A stretch of 64,000 bases of DNA, taken from assembly GCA_017436525.1 (NCBI GenBank), contig JAFSCX010000004.1:4788-68787 (forward strand), written 5' to 3'. The notes beneath the pieces are model-generated. The model saw only the letters and a list, made by a program, of their open reading frames with translations, did no database searches and was not told where the DNA came from. Source of the stretch: Clostridia bacterium (GTDB taxonomy: Bacteria > Bacillota > Clostridia > Oscillospirales > QAKW01). The position numbers were made by a program, and so were the translations under genes. Below are positions 48,556 to 57,987 of this stretch, piece after piece. Each line of letters starts with the position of its first letter. The first letter of the stretch is position 1.

Positions 48556-50802
48556 ATGCTGCAAAGTGTTTTAGAAGAAAAATTGAATCAGATGAATGAA
48601 CGTCAGCGGGAAGCGGTGGAATATACCGAAGGCCCGTTGCTGATTTTGGCAGGCGCGGGCAGCGGAAAGACAACCGTCTTGATCAATCGGATCGCCTATT
48701 TGCTTTCTAAGGGGCTCTGCGCTCCCTATCATATCCTTGCCATTACCTTTACCAATAAGGCGGCAAAGGAGCTATGCGATCGCATTGATGCCATGATGGG
48801 CCCCGATGCTTTCGGGGTTACCGCCGCCACCTTCCATAGTTTTTGCGCAAGAGTTCTGCGGGCAGATATTGCCGCAGGCGGAATCTATACCGGCAGTTTT
48901 ACCATTTATGATGCGGATGATAGCCAGCGTGTTGTCAAGGCGGTCATGAAGGAATTGGAAATCGATGAGCAATTATTAGCTCCCCGCTCGGCGCAAAATG
49001 CCATCTCTGCCGCAAAGGATCAGCGGGTTTTGCCTTCGGAATATTGCGCTTATTACGGAAAAGATGTCCGCCATGAGCAAATTGCGAAGGTTTATGCCCG
49101 CTATGAGGCGGTATTGCAGGCCTCCAATGCGCTGGATTTTGATGATCTGATCTTAAAGACCGTGGAGCTCTTTGAAGCTCATCCCGAAATCTTGGCAAAA
49201 TATGCAGGCCGTTATCGTTATTGCATGGTGGATGAGTATCAGGATACCAATCCTTTGCAATATCGGCTGGTCTCGCTGCTCTCCTCTAAATTCGGCAATC
49301 TTTGCGTGGTAGGGGATGATGATCAGAGTATCTATAAATTCCGAGGCGCCACGATTGAGAATATTTTGCTTTTTGAAGAGCGCTTTCCCAATGCCAAGGT
49401 CATTCGTCTGGAGCAAAATTATCGCTCTACTGCCAATATTTTGGATGCGGCCAACGGGGTGATCGCTCATAATACAAGCCGAAAAGGGAAAACCCTTTGG
49501 ACAGCGGGCGAAAAAGGCGAGCCTGTCTATCTCAAGCGCCTTTCCGATGATTTTGAGGAGAGCCGCTTTGTAGTAGAGACCATTCAGGATCGGGTGGTGC
49601 AGGATGGTGCAAAATTCAGCGATTTTGCGGTGCTTTATCGCACCAATGCGCAATCCAATGCCATGGAGCGTTATCTTGTCAAGAGCGCGATTCCCTATAA
49701 AGTGGTGGGTGGTTTTCGCTTCTATGAACGTAAAGAAATTAAAGATATGCTCTCTTATCTGCAGTTGATCAATAATGAGCGGGATACTCTGCGCTTAAAG
49801 CGGATCATCAATGAGCCTAAGCGCAAGATCGGCGCTGCCACTGTCTCTGCATTGGAATCCATCTCCATGCAGGAAGGGCTTTCCATGCCGGAGGTTATGC
49901 GCCGCGTGGAGGAATATCCTGCCTTAAGCCGCGTTGCCTCTACCTTAAAGGAATTTGCTTCCATGATTGATGGGCTGAAGGAAACGTTGAAGGATACCCC
50001 CTTGGATGAATGGATCGCCATGGTGGCAAGAGAGAGCGGCTATACCACCATGCTGGAGCTGGAAGGGACCGATGAGGCCAAGGATCGGCTCAATAATATT
50101 ATGGAGCTTTGCTCCTCTGCCGCTCAATATCAAAAGGAAAATCCGGAAGGCGGGCTTTCGGGCTTCTTGGAAGAAATCTCGCTGATGACCGATCTGGATC
50201 AGCTTGCCGATGATGAAGAGCGGGTGGTGCTGATGACCCTTCATAGCGCCAAGGGCTTGGAATTCAATTATGTCTTTATGATCGGAATGGAGCAAGGGCT
50301 TTTTCCCAGCCAACGGGCGTTGGACGAGCCGGACGGGCTGGAAGAAGAGCGCCGCTTGATGTATGTAGGGGTTACCCGTGCAAGAAAGACCCTTTATCTG
50401 CTTCATACCCGCCAAAGAATGTTATATGGCCGCACTCAATTTTGCGTGCCCAGCGAATTTTTGAAGGAATTGCCGCCCTTGGTCTGCAAGGATCTGACAG
50501 TAAAGACCGAGGATCTCTTCGGCGGCAGCTTTTCCTATACTCCGCGCACTCCGTCGGCGTCTGCCGTTCGGGTGGGGCGGGTCAGCCATGCTGCTACTCC
50601 TGCCATCCGCCGACCTGCCCCTGCGCAGGAGGCGGCTCCCTTTGCATTTGAAGTGGGGGATCGGGTGCGCCATAATACCTTTGGAGAAGGCACCCTGCTC
50701 AGTAAGACTCCGATGGGCCGCGATCATCTCCTGGAGATTGAATTTGATAAAGTCGGCAAAAAGAAGATCATGGCAAATTTTGCAAAATTAACGAAAGCGT
50801 AA
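48556..50802 (+). CDS. pcrA: ATP-dependent DNA helicase PcrA/UvrD family
   Basis: Walker A AGAGSGKTTVL, DEYQDTN, VGDDDQSIYKFRGA, TLHSAKGLEF, YVGVTRAR helicase motifs. ATG 48556 is preferred (GAGGA RBS). Confidence 0.93.
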   Translation: MLQSVLEEKLNQMNERQREAVEYTEGPLLILAGAGSGKTTVLINRIAYLLSKGLCAPYHILAITFTNKAAKELCDRIDAMMGPDAFGVTAATFHSFCARVLRADIAAGGIYTGSFTIYDADDSQRVVKAVMKELEIDEQLLAPRSAQNAISAAKDQRVLPSEYCAYYGKDVRHEQIAKVYARYEAVLQASNALDFDDLILKTVELFEAHPEILAKYAGRYRYCMVDEYQDTNPLQYRLVSLLSSKFGNLCVVGDDDQSIYKFRGATIENILLFEERFPNAKVIRLEQNYRSTANILDAANGVIAHNTSRKGKTLWTAGEKGEPVYLKRLSDDFEESRFVVETIQDRVVQDGAKFSDFAVLYRTNAQSNAMERYLVKSAIPYKVVGGFRFYERKEIKDMLSYLQLINNERDTLRLKRIINEPKRKIGAATVSALESISMQEGLSMPEVMRRVEEYPALSRVASTLKEFASMIDGLKETLKDTPLDEWIAMVARESGYTTMLELEGTDEAKDRLNNIMELCSSAAQYQKENPEGGLSGFLEEISLMTDLDQLADDEERVVLMTLHSAKGLEFNYVFMIGMEQGLFPSQRALDEPDGLEEERRLMYVGVTRARKTLYLLHTRQRMLYGRTQFCVPSEFLKELPPLVCKDLTVKTEDLFGGSFSYTPRTPSASAVRVGRVSHAATPAIRRPAPAQEAAPFAFEVGDRVRHNTFGEGTLLSKTPMGRDHLLEIEFDKVGKKKIMANFAKLTKA

Positions 50803-50812
50803 GGTGTAAAAA

Positions 50813-51910
50813 GTGACTAAGATTGATATTTTCAGCGGCTTTTTAGGAGCCGGAAAGACAACCTTGATTCAAAAACTGATGAAAGAAGCCTATCAGGGCG
50901 AAAAGCTGGTTTTAATCGAAAATGAATTCGGAGAGATCGGAATCGATGGCGGCTTTCTGCAGGAAGCAGGAATTGAGATTACAGAAATGAATTCCGGCTG
51001 TATCTGCTGCTCCTTGGTAGGAGATTTTGGTAAGGCTTTGGAGAAAGTGCTGGAGCAATACCATCCCGATCGTATTCTGATCGAGCCCAGCGGTGTGGGA
51101 AAACTCAGCGATGTCATCGCTGCAGTGGCAGATTTGCAGCTTGATGATGTAAAGCTTAATTCCTTTACAACCGTTGCGGATGCTTCTAAATGTAAGATCT
51201 ATGCGAAGAATTTCGGCGAATTCTATAATAATCAGATCGAGAATGCGGCATGCATTGTATTGAGCCGCAGCCAGAATGTCAGTGAAGAAAAATTGGCGGC
51301 TGCAATTAAGCTGATTCGGGAAAAGAATCCCGAGGCTACCATTGTGGCCACCCCTTGGGATCAGCTGAGCGGCCGGCAGTTGCTGGATGCCATGGAGAAA
51401 AAGGATAGCCTTGCCTCCATCATGGAAGAACTTCATACTCACCATGAGCATGAGCATCATCACCATCATGAGCATGATGAGAATTGCACCTGCGGTTGCC
51501 ATGACCACGATCATGAGCATGAGCATCATCACGACCATGAGCATGAACATCATCACGACCATGAGCATCATCATGATCATGGCCCCGATTGCACCTGCGG
51601 CTGCCATGATCATCACCATCACCATGCAGATGAAGTGTTTATGAGCTGGGGGAAGGAGACGGCCCGCAAATATACCGCGCAGCAATTAGAGGAAATCTTG
51701 GCGGCGCTGGATACCAATGAATTCGGCACCATCCTTCGCGCCAAGGGAATGGTCGCGGGGGAGAGCGGAGAATGGATCTTTTTTGATTATGTCCCTGCCG
51801 AGCATAATGTCCGCAAAGGAAGCGCGCAGGTGATCGGCCGCCTTTGCGTGATTGGGGCTGATCTTAAAGAAGAAGCCTTGATGAAGCTTTTTGGCTTGGA
51901 GGATGAATGA
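50813..51910 (+). CDS. COG0523 (CobW/ZigA/YeiR-like) GTPase metallochaperone with a His-rich insert
   Basis: G1 GFLGAGKTTL, ENEFGE, metal motif CICCS. The His-rich region at 51434-51632 contains two CTCGCHDH cassettes. GTG start behind AAGGTG. Confidence 0.85.
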   Translation: MTKIDIFSGFLGAGKTTLIQKLMKEAYQGEKLVLIENEFGEIGIDGGFLQEAGIEITEMNSGCICCSLVGDFGKALEKVLEQYHPDRILIEPSGVGKLSDVIAAVADLQLDDVKLNSFTTVADASKCKIYAKNFGEFYNNQIENAACIVLSRSQNVSEEKLAAAIKLIREKNPEATIVATPWDQLSGRQLLDAMEKKDSLASIMEELHTHHEHEHHHHHEHDENCTCGCHDHDHEHEHHHDHEHEHHHDHEHHHDHGPDCTCGCHDHHHHHADEVFMSWGKETARKYTAQQLEEILAALDTNEFGTILRAKGMVAGESGEWIFFDYVPAEHNVRKGSAQVIGRLCVIGADLKEEALMKLFGLEDE

Positions 51911-52857
51911 TGGATCAAATTCCCGTATATCTTTTTACCGGCTTCTTGGATAGCGGCAAGACCCGCTTTATTCAGGAAACCTTGGAAAATAAGGATTATA
52001 ATGATGGTACTCCTACCCTTGTCCTCGTCTGCGAGGAAGGGGAGGAGGAATACGATCTTTCTAAGATGCCCCATGCCGAGCGAATCTCAATCCAGACCAT
52101 CGATTCCCCCGAAGAACTCAAAGCAAAGCATCTTCAGCGCTTGGCAAAGGGCTGCCGTGCGCAACGGGTCTTTTGGGAATACAACGGAATGTGGGATAAT
52201 AATCTGCTGAATGATGCTCTGCCCGAAGGATGGCTGGTGGTGCAGGAATTCTGCTTTATGAACGGCGAGGATATCCTTGTCTATAATGCCAATATGCGAA
52301 ATTTGGTGGTAGATAAGCTGCAGACTGCCGAAATGGTCATCTTTAATCGGATGGAGGAGCAAGCGGATGTAATGCCTTATCATAAGCTTGTCCGCGGAAT
52401 CTCTCGCAGAGCCGATATTGTCTATGAAACAAAAGAAGGAAGGGTCATTCCCGATACCATAGAGGATCCCCTTCCCTTTGATATGAATGCTCCCGTAATT
52501 GAGATCGAAGATATGGATTTTGCCATCTGGTATCGCGATCTTTCGGAGGAGCTTCCCAATTATGAAGGGAAAACCGTTCGCTTGAAAGGCAGGGTCATTT
52601 TAGATGAGCGGAGCGATGGGAGTTTCTTTGTCTTCGGCAGGCAGATGATGACCTGCTGCATTGAGGATATTCAGTTTGCCGGCGTTGCGGTATGCTATCC
52701 GGATGCCTTTTCTTTGCGCAACGGGCAATGGGCTACCGTTACCGCTAAAATCAAGATCGGCTATCATGAAGCCTATGGAAGAGAAGGCCCCGTGCTGACC
52801 GCGATCGAGTTGGAAGACGCAATCCCGCCTCAAGAAGAAGTTGCCACTTTTTATTAA
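51907..52857 (+). CDS. Degenerate CobW-like P-loop domain fused to a DUF1980/TIGR03943-like C-terminal domain
   Basis: N-terminus VYLFTGFLDSGKTRF (Walker A) with CEEGEEE replacing ENEFGE and no CxCC. The C-terminus FVFGRQMMTCCIEDIQF resembles the conserved CC motif of DUF1980 proteins. ATGATG overlap with the upstream gene. Confidence 0.55.
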   Translation: MMDQIPVYLFTGFLDSGKTRFIQETLENKDYNDGTPTLVLVCEEGEEEYDLSKMPHAERISIQTIDSPEELKAKHLQRLAKGCRAQRVFWEYNGMWDNNLLNDALPEGWLVVQEFCFMNGEDILVYNANMRNLVVDKLQTAEMVIFNRMEEQADVMPYHKLVRGISRRADIVYETKEGRVIPDTIEDPLPFDMNAPVIEIEDMDFAIWYRDLSEELPNYEGKTVRLKGRVILDERSDGSFFVFGRQMMTCCIEDIQFAGVAVCYPDAFSLRNGQWATVTAKIKIGYHEAYGREGPVLTAIELEDAIPPQEEVATFY

Positions 52858-52949
52858 AGCAAAATTTATTCGCAAAGAGCGAGTAAAATATCGATGCGTT
52901 GACTTTTTTTCTTGCAGGTTTATAAATCAGAAAACAAAGGAGAAAATGA

Positions 52950-53480
52950 ATGAATATTTGGCATGATATCGATCCCAAGCGGATCAATCCCGAGGATTTT
53001 GTGGCAGTAGTGGAGATTTCCAAAGGTAGTAAAAAGAAATATGAGCTGGATAAGGAAACCGGCCTGATCATTTTGGACCGTGTGCTCTATACCTCTACCC
53101 ACTATCCGGCCAATTATGGTTTTATCCCTCGCTCTTTCGGAGACGACGGCGATCCTCTGGATGTTTTAGTGCTCTGCTCCGAAGCGTTGGAGCCTCTGAC
53201 CCTTGTGCGCTGCTATCCCATCGGCTATATCAGCATGCTGGATGGCGGCCGCAACGATGAGAAGATCATCGCGATTCCTTTCACTGATCCCACCTATAAT
53301 AAATATCAAGATATTACCGATCTGCCTCCTCATATCTTTGATGAGATGGCCCATTTTTTCTCCGTCTATAAATCCTTAGAGCATAAAGAGACCGTTGCCG
53401 GCGAAGTACAAGGGCGCCAGGCCGCTGTCAAGGTCATTCAAGCCTCCCTTGATAATTATGTAGAGAATTTTTGCCGATAA
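52950..53480 (+). CDS. ppa: Family I inorganic pyrophosphatase
   Basis: YPANYGFIP...DGDPLDVLVL...DEKIIA motifs, 176 aa. Confidence 0.93.
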   Translation: MNIWHDIDPKRINPEDFVAVVEISKGSKKKYELDKETGLIILDRVLYTSTHYPANYGFIPRSFGDDGDPLDVLVLCSEALEPLTLVRCYPIGYISMLDGGRNDEKIIAIPFTDPTYNKYQDITDLPPHIFDEMAHFFSVYKSLEHKETVAGEVQGRQAAVKVIQASLDNYVENFCR

Positions 53481-53623
53481 AAGGGGCTGTAAAAAAAGTC
53501 TGAACCGCAAAAGGCAAGAAAAATACAGGCTCTAAACCGAGTTTCTTCCCCCAAAAGTGAAAGAGAAAGAAAAAATATTGCTGCATTGCAATATTTTTTC
53601 TTTTTTATCAGTGCCTTTTGCTA

Positions 53624-53807
53624 CCTTCGAATCGAGCCACTCGGCGTGCGTCAAATGGGATGGAAGCTGCTCCATTCTGGCAAAAGCAGAAAATCCGCTC
53701 TTTCCATCCCATTCTTCTTTTCCCCACTAAAACATGTTTTAGTGGGGGCCCCAATATTTCGCCTTCGGGTATCCCGTAACCTTTGGTTACGGCTCGATTT
53801 ACGAAGG
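53624..53807. other. Candidate multi-helix structured element (closing helix plus 3-4 internal hairpins)
   Basis: Closing helix CCTTCGAATCGAGCC (53624-53638) / GGCTCGATT-TA-CGAAGG (53791-53807). Internal helices are AATGGGATGGAA/TTCCATCCCATT (53654-53713), a perfect 26-nt palindrome (53722-53747), and CCGTAACC-TTT-GGTTACGG (53774-53792). No plausible ORF. Confidence 0.4.
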
Positions 53808-53832
53808 TTTCAAACATTTTTTCCTATCCCCC

Positions 53833-53880
53833 AAAAAGAGGCTGTGAAAAATCATTTTGATTTTTCACAGCCTCTTTTTT
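53833..53880. terminator. Bidirectional terminator (perfect 17-bp stem)
   Basis: GAGGCTGTGAAAAATCA / TGATTTTTCACAGCCTC flanked by AAAAA and TTTTTT. It overlaps the EamA gene stop. Confidence 0.8.
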
Positions 53881-54730
53881 ATACAAATACTGCCACAAAG
53901 ATTCCGCTCAGCACAATGGCGGTGCAGAAAAATTTATAAAGAATGTTTTTCTCCTTAAAGACCAGCCAGCCTGTCAGCACCGTGATCACCACCGAGGATT
54001 GCTTGATGACCGTCATCACCGTTACCTCGCTTTGGGGCATGGCGTTTGCTTCAAAAAGAAAGCGATCTCCCAATACCAAAGAGAGGCTCATTAAAGGAAT
54101 CCAATAGTTGGTTTTTAAGGTGCGCCAGTGAAGCTTTTCTCTTTGAATCAGAAGCACTATCCCATAAATCAAGGTCATGAAAAACATAAACCAAAATTGA
54201 AGCTGCGTAGAGGTCATATCCTTCATCAGCACCTTATCCATGGTGCCGGATACGGCATTTAAGAAGCAGTTGATCAGCGCCGCTAAGAGAATGGGAAAGG
54301 TCAGGGGCTTTTTGCTGCCTTCCTTTTTGAGATTCACCAAAATCAAGCCTAAGAGGACCAGCCCCATGCCGATGGCCTTGGGCGGGGTCATCCTCTCTCC
54401 CAAAGCGAATACTCCTAAGAGGGTGGAAAAGACCATGCGGGAGAGATCCATAATTCCATATAGGCTTACCGACATTTCTTTCAAAGCCGCCATGGCAAAC
54501 AGCCAGGCGGTGCAGACCACTGCTGCTTTGAGAAAGACATAAAAGATCTGCAAAGGAGAAAGAAGAAAGGCATCCCCCGAGAAGGGGAGCGCCAGAATCA
54601 GGCCGATCAGCGTATAGAAAAAGAGGATGACGGTAGAGCTGCTTTTTTTTAAGGCCGCTTTTTTCATTCCTTCGCGGCTGCCTTTCAAAAGGCCGAAGAT
54701 TAATACATATAAGATCCAAAGCTTTTCCAT
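53879..54730 (-). CDS. EamA/DMT-family transporter
   Basis: 283 aa, about 10 TM helices in two EamA-like halves. Confidence 0.75.
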   Translation of the reverse strand: MEKLWILYVLIFGLLKGSREGMKKAALKKSSSTVILFFYTLIGLILALPFSGDAFLLSPLQIFYVFLKAAVVCTAWLFAMAALKEMSVSLYGIMDLSRMVFSTLLGVFALGERMTPPKAIGMGLVLLGLILVNLKKEGSKKPLTFPILLAALINCFLNAVSGTMDKVLMKDMTSTQLQFWFMFFMTLIYGIVLLIQREKLHWRTLKTNYWIPLMSLSLVLGDRFLFEANAMPQSEVTVMTVIKQSSVVITVLTGWLVFKEKNILYKFFCTAIVLSGIFVAVFV

Positions 54731-54784
54731 CCCTCTCCTCCTTTCCTATATTATATTGAAATACCGGCTTGGTTTAATCAGATC

Positions 54785-55717
54785 TTATTTCTCCAGGATT
54801 TCAATGAGCTTCTTGGCATATTCCGCAAAGCCGATGGCATTGGGATGGACAGCATCAGCATAGAAGAATTCAAGATGAGGCACTAATTTATATCCATCGA
54901 TGATATGGAAGCCTCTCTTTTCGATCTCTTCTTGAATGACGCGGCGGCAATCATCAAAGTTGCCCATCTTTCTTGCCTTTTCTAAATCAAATCGCCAAAT
55001 AGGCAGGATGCAGTAAACCTCTTTTTCTCCATATGCTTCCTTGATCTGATCCAAAAATCCGGCGCACTCTCGGCGCAGCTCCTCTTGGCTCGCAAAACGG
55101 CCGTAGTCGTTGGTGCCGTATGCCACAACGATCGTCTCGGGATCGAAATCAATGGTATCAAAGGAATCTTTCAGATAATAAGCGCCGCCGATGCCGTTGA
55201 TCACTGAATCGGCATTGAGCTTGCGGGTTACCCGCCATGCATAGGAGGCGCTATCGAACCCTGAATTCCAGCCTTGGGTAATGGAATCGCCGATAAAGAG
55301 GATCTTGCGATCATATTGATGGGGGATGAGGGTTGCGCCGTCGGGGAGCTCTACCCATTCTAAAAGTCCTGCCACATCATGGCTGGGGAAGAGCAGCAAT
55401 ACTCTTTTTTCTCCCTTCCCAAGATCGGCATAAAATTCTGTTTCTTCCCCTGCGTTAAATTGCGCAACAGCCAGATCATCCACCAAAAGCTCGAATTTTC
55501 CGCTCGGTGCCTTGAATCGGATCCATTCGGCATCGGTATGAAAATCCAGCCGCACACCGGTGCAGCCGGCAGCCCGTTCGCCAAGATCCTCGCGTTCCTT
55601 GGACCAGACATCAATCTGCTTTTGGGTGCATTTATAAAAGCGGAGGCCTTTCTCCTCTTTTTCAACTCTTACTGCGCCGAAGGCAATGGATAATATTTTC
55701 TCGTTGGAAAGCTTCAT
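54785..55717 (-). CDS. SGNH/GDSL-family hydrolase with an N-terminal beta-rich domain
   Basis: Block I ILFIGDSITQGW, block III-like GTNDY, block V-like DAVHPN. Confidence 0.75.
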   Translation of the reverse strand: MKLSNEKILSIAFGAVRVEKEEKGLRFYKCTQKQIDVWSKEREDLGERAAGCTGVRLDFHTDAEWIRFKAPSGKFELLVDDLAVAQFNAGEETEFYADLGKGEKRVLLLFPSHDVAGLLEWVELPDGATLIPHQYDRKILFIGDSITQGWNSGFDSASYAWRVTRKLNADSVINGIGGAYYLKDSFDTIDFDPETIVVAYGTNDYGRFASQEELRRECAGFLDQIKEAYGEKEVYCILPIWRFDLEKARKMGNFDDCRRVIQEEIEKRGFHIIDGYKLVPHLEFFYADAVHPNAIGFAEYAKKLIEILEK

Positions 55718-55732
55718 TTTATGTTCTCCTTT

Positions 55733-55762
55733 AGAAAAGGTGGGCAGACGCCCACCTTTTTA
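55733..55762 (-). terminator. Terminator after the glutamine synthetase gene
   Basis: AAAAGGTGGGC-AGAC-GCCCACCTTTT hairpin. Confidence 0.7.
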
Positions 55763-55765
55763 TTT

Positions 55766-57865
55766 TTATTGAATGCTGAATAAAAGATCGTAGTAAGTGG
55801 GGAAGGGCCAGCTATCAGCAGGGATAATGATCTCCATTTTATCAATGATGGTTCTCAAGGTCTCAAGATCGGTATAGATTTCTTTTCGATAGTAAAGGCC
55901 GCGTTCATAGAAATCCTTAATGGTCTTGGCATACTTCCTCTTCTTCTCAAATGCGGTGCAGGTGAGATATAGCTCATCAGCCAATGCGGCAAGTTCTTTG
56001 AGCAGCGCTTCCTCCGCTTTGCAGAATAACTTACCAAGAGTCTTCTTCTTGGTAAGAAGCGTTGCAGCCAAGCGGGCTTGTTCGCGGCTTGCGGCGGGCA
56101 GGATCTCTCGCTTGATCATAGAATTGAGGGTGCGCGCCTCAATGTTGAGGGTTTTGCAATAGTTATCCACCATGATCTCATAGCGGGAATACATCTCGCC
56201 TTCGGTAAATACTCCGTGGCGGGTGAAGAGATCGATATTTTTCTGATGAACAAAGTAGGGCAGCACATCCATTGTAGAATGAAGATTGAGCAAGCCCCGC
56301 TTTTCTGCCTCTTTGACCCATTCATCGGAATAATTGTTGCCGTTGAAGATGATTCGCTTATGGGCCTTGATGGTATTCTGAATCAACTGCTGCAGCGCGG
56401 CATTAAGGTCGGTGGCTTTTTCCAGCTGATCTGCAAAGTCCATCAAGGTATCGGCAATAATGGTATTGAGGACAATATTGGCCTCGGCAATGGAGGCAGA
56501 GGAACCCAACATACGGAATTCGAATTTATTGTTGGTAAAGGCAAAGGGGGAAGTACGGTTGCGGTCGGTGGCATCTCTGGAGAAGCGGGGCAGGGTATGG
56601 ACACCGCCCTTCATCTCTACCGCATTTTCCGGTGCATAGACCGTCCCGCTTTCGATGGAATCCAAAATGGCATTCAGCTCATCCCCTAAAAACATGGATA
56701 CAATGGCGGGAGGCGCCTCGCTGGAGCCCAAGCGATGATCGTTGCCTGCAGAGGCAATGGAGAAGCGAAGCAGATCCTGATGCTCGTCTACCGCTTTGAT
56801 GACAGCGGCTAAAAAGAGCAAAAATTGGGTATTCTCTCTGGGGGAATCTCCGGGCTCTAAAAGATTGATGCCGGTATTGGTGGAGATGGACCAGTTATTA
56901 TGCTTTCCGCTTCCGTTGACGCCTGCAAAGGGCTTCTCATGAAGCAGGCAGGCCATGCCATGCTTGGCCGCAATCTTTTTCATCAGCTCCATGGTAAGCT
57001 GATTGTGATCGGTGGCAATATTGGTCTTGGAATAGACGGGGGCCAGCTCATGCTGAGCGGGAGCCGCTTCATTATGCTCGGTCTTTGCGTAGATTCCAAG
57101 CTTCCAGAGCTCTTCATCCAATTCCTTCATAAAGGCCAGAACCCTCGGCTTGATGGTGCCGAAATAATGATCGTCCATCTCCTGCCCTTTCGGGGGGCGG
57201 GAGCCGAAAAGGGTGCGCCCGCAAAGGATCAAATCCTTTCTTGCGCGATAAACCTTCTCATCCACAAGGAAATATTCCTGCTCAGGGCCGACGGTGGTAA
57301 CCGTCTTGGTAACCTCTTCGTTGCCGAAAAGTTTGAGGATTCTCATCGCCTGGCGGTTCACCGCTTCATCAGAGCGAAGCAGGGGTGTTTTTTTATCCAA
57401 TGCTTCTCCACCGTAAGAATAGAATACAGTGGGGATGCAAAGGGTAGAATCTTTAATAAAAGCATAGGAGGTCGGATCCCATGCAGTATAGCCTCTTGCC
57501 TCAAAGGTGGCGCGCAGGCCCCCGTTGGGGAAAGAGGAAGCATCGGGCTCGCCCTTGATCAGCTCCTTGCCGGAGAATTCCATCAATACCCCGCCGCATT
57601 TATCGGGGGTGATAAAGCTATCGTGCTTCTCGGCGGTAATGCCGGTCATGGGCTGGAACCAGTGGGTAAAATGAGTAGCACCCTTCTCCAATGCCCAGTC
57701 GCGCATGGCGGCGGCAACGGTGCCTGCAATGCTCTTATCTAAGCTCTTTCCGTTTTCAATGGTCTTTTTCAGTGCGTTATAAGCCTCTTCGGGCAGATAT
57801 TTTTGCATGGCTTTATCGTTGAATACCATGCTGCCGAAAAGTTCGGGGATTTGTCTTGCATCCAT
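55766..57865 (-). CDS. glnA: Type III glutamine synthetase (GlnN-type)
   Basis: 699 aa with a GSIII-type N-terminus ([18 protein letters not shown]...) and catalytic region [18 protein letters not shown]. Confidence 0.9.
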   Translation of the reverse strand: MDARQIPELFGSMVFNDKAMQKYLPEEAYNALKKTIENGKSLDKSIAGTVAAAMRDWALEKGATHFTHWFQPMTGITAEKHDSFITPDKCGGVLMEFSGKELIKGEPDASSFPNGGLRATFEARGYTAWDPTSYAFIKDSTLCIPTVFYSYGGEALDKKTPLLRSDEAVNRQAMRILKLFGNEEVTKTVTTVGPEQEYFLVDEKVYRARKDLILCGRTLFGSRPPKGQEMDDHYFGTIKPRVLAFMKELDEELWKLGIYAKTEHNEAAPAQHELAPVYSKTNIATDHNQLTMELMKKIAAKHGMACLLHEKPFAGVNGSGKHNNWSISTNTGINLLEPGDSPRENTQFLLFLAAVIKAVDEHQDLLRFSIASAGNDHRLGSSEAPPAIVSMFLGDELNAILDSIESGTVYAPENAVEMKGGVHTLPRFSRDATDRNRTSPFAFTNNKFEFRMLGSSASIAEANIVLNTIIADTLMDFADQLEKATDLNAALQQLIQNTIKAHKRIIFNGNNYSDEWVKEAEKRGLLNLHSTMDVLPYFVHQKNIDLFTRHGVFTEGEMYSRYEIMVDNYCKTLNIEARTLNSMIKREILPAASREQARLAATLLTKKKTLGKLFCKAEEALLKELAALADELYLTCTAFEKKRKYAKTIKDFYERGLYYRKEIYTDLETLRTIIDKMEIIIPADSWPFPTYYDLLFSIQ

Positions 57866-57987
57866 AGACCGAAAAAATCTCCTTTTTAATAAATTTATAA
57901 AATTATATCACAAAATTTTCGACTTTACAACAGTCAAAAAATATTTTATAATAATAAAAAATATTCGCTTCGAAAGGAGGGGTAGAA

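Noticed and set aside
50912-51685. 257-aa antisense ORF with Met/Val/Ile-rich repeats opposite the His-rich region of the COG0523 gene.
   Set aside because: It is the mirror image of CAT/CAC-rich codons (ATG/GTG on the other strand). The plus-strand product has complete GTPase motifs.
53586-53939. 117-aa plus-strand and 69-aa minus-strand ORFs in the ppa-EamA gap.
   Set aside because: They start within a terminator T-run and cross several perfect palindromes and the next terminator. They have no RBS and no recognisable domain.
57866-57987. An M-box riboswitch upstream of mgtE, a T-box upstream of lysS, or a leader upstream of glnA.
   Set aside because: The mgtE/glnA divergent region is only about 120 nt, AT-rich, and lacks conserved M-box blocks. 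lysS starts 14 nt after greA, leaving no room for a T-box leader.
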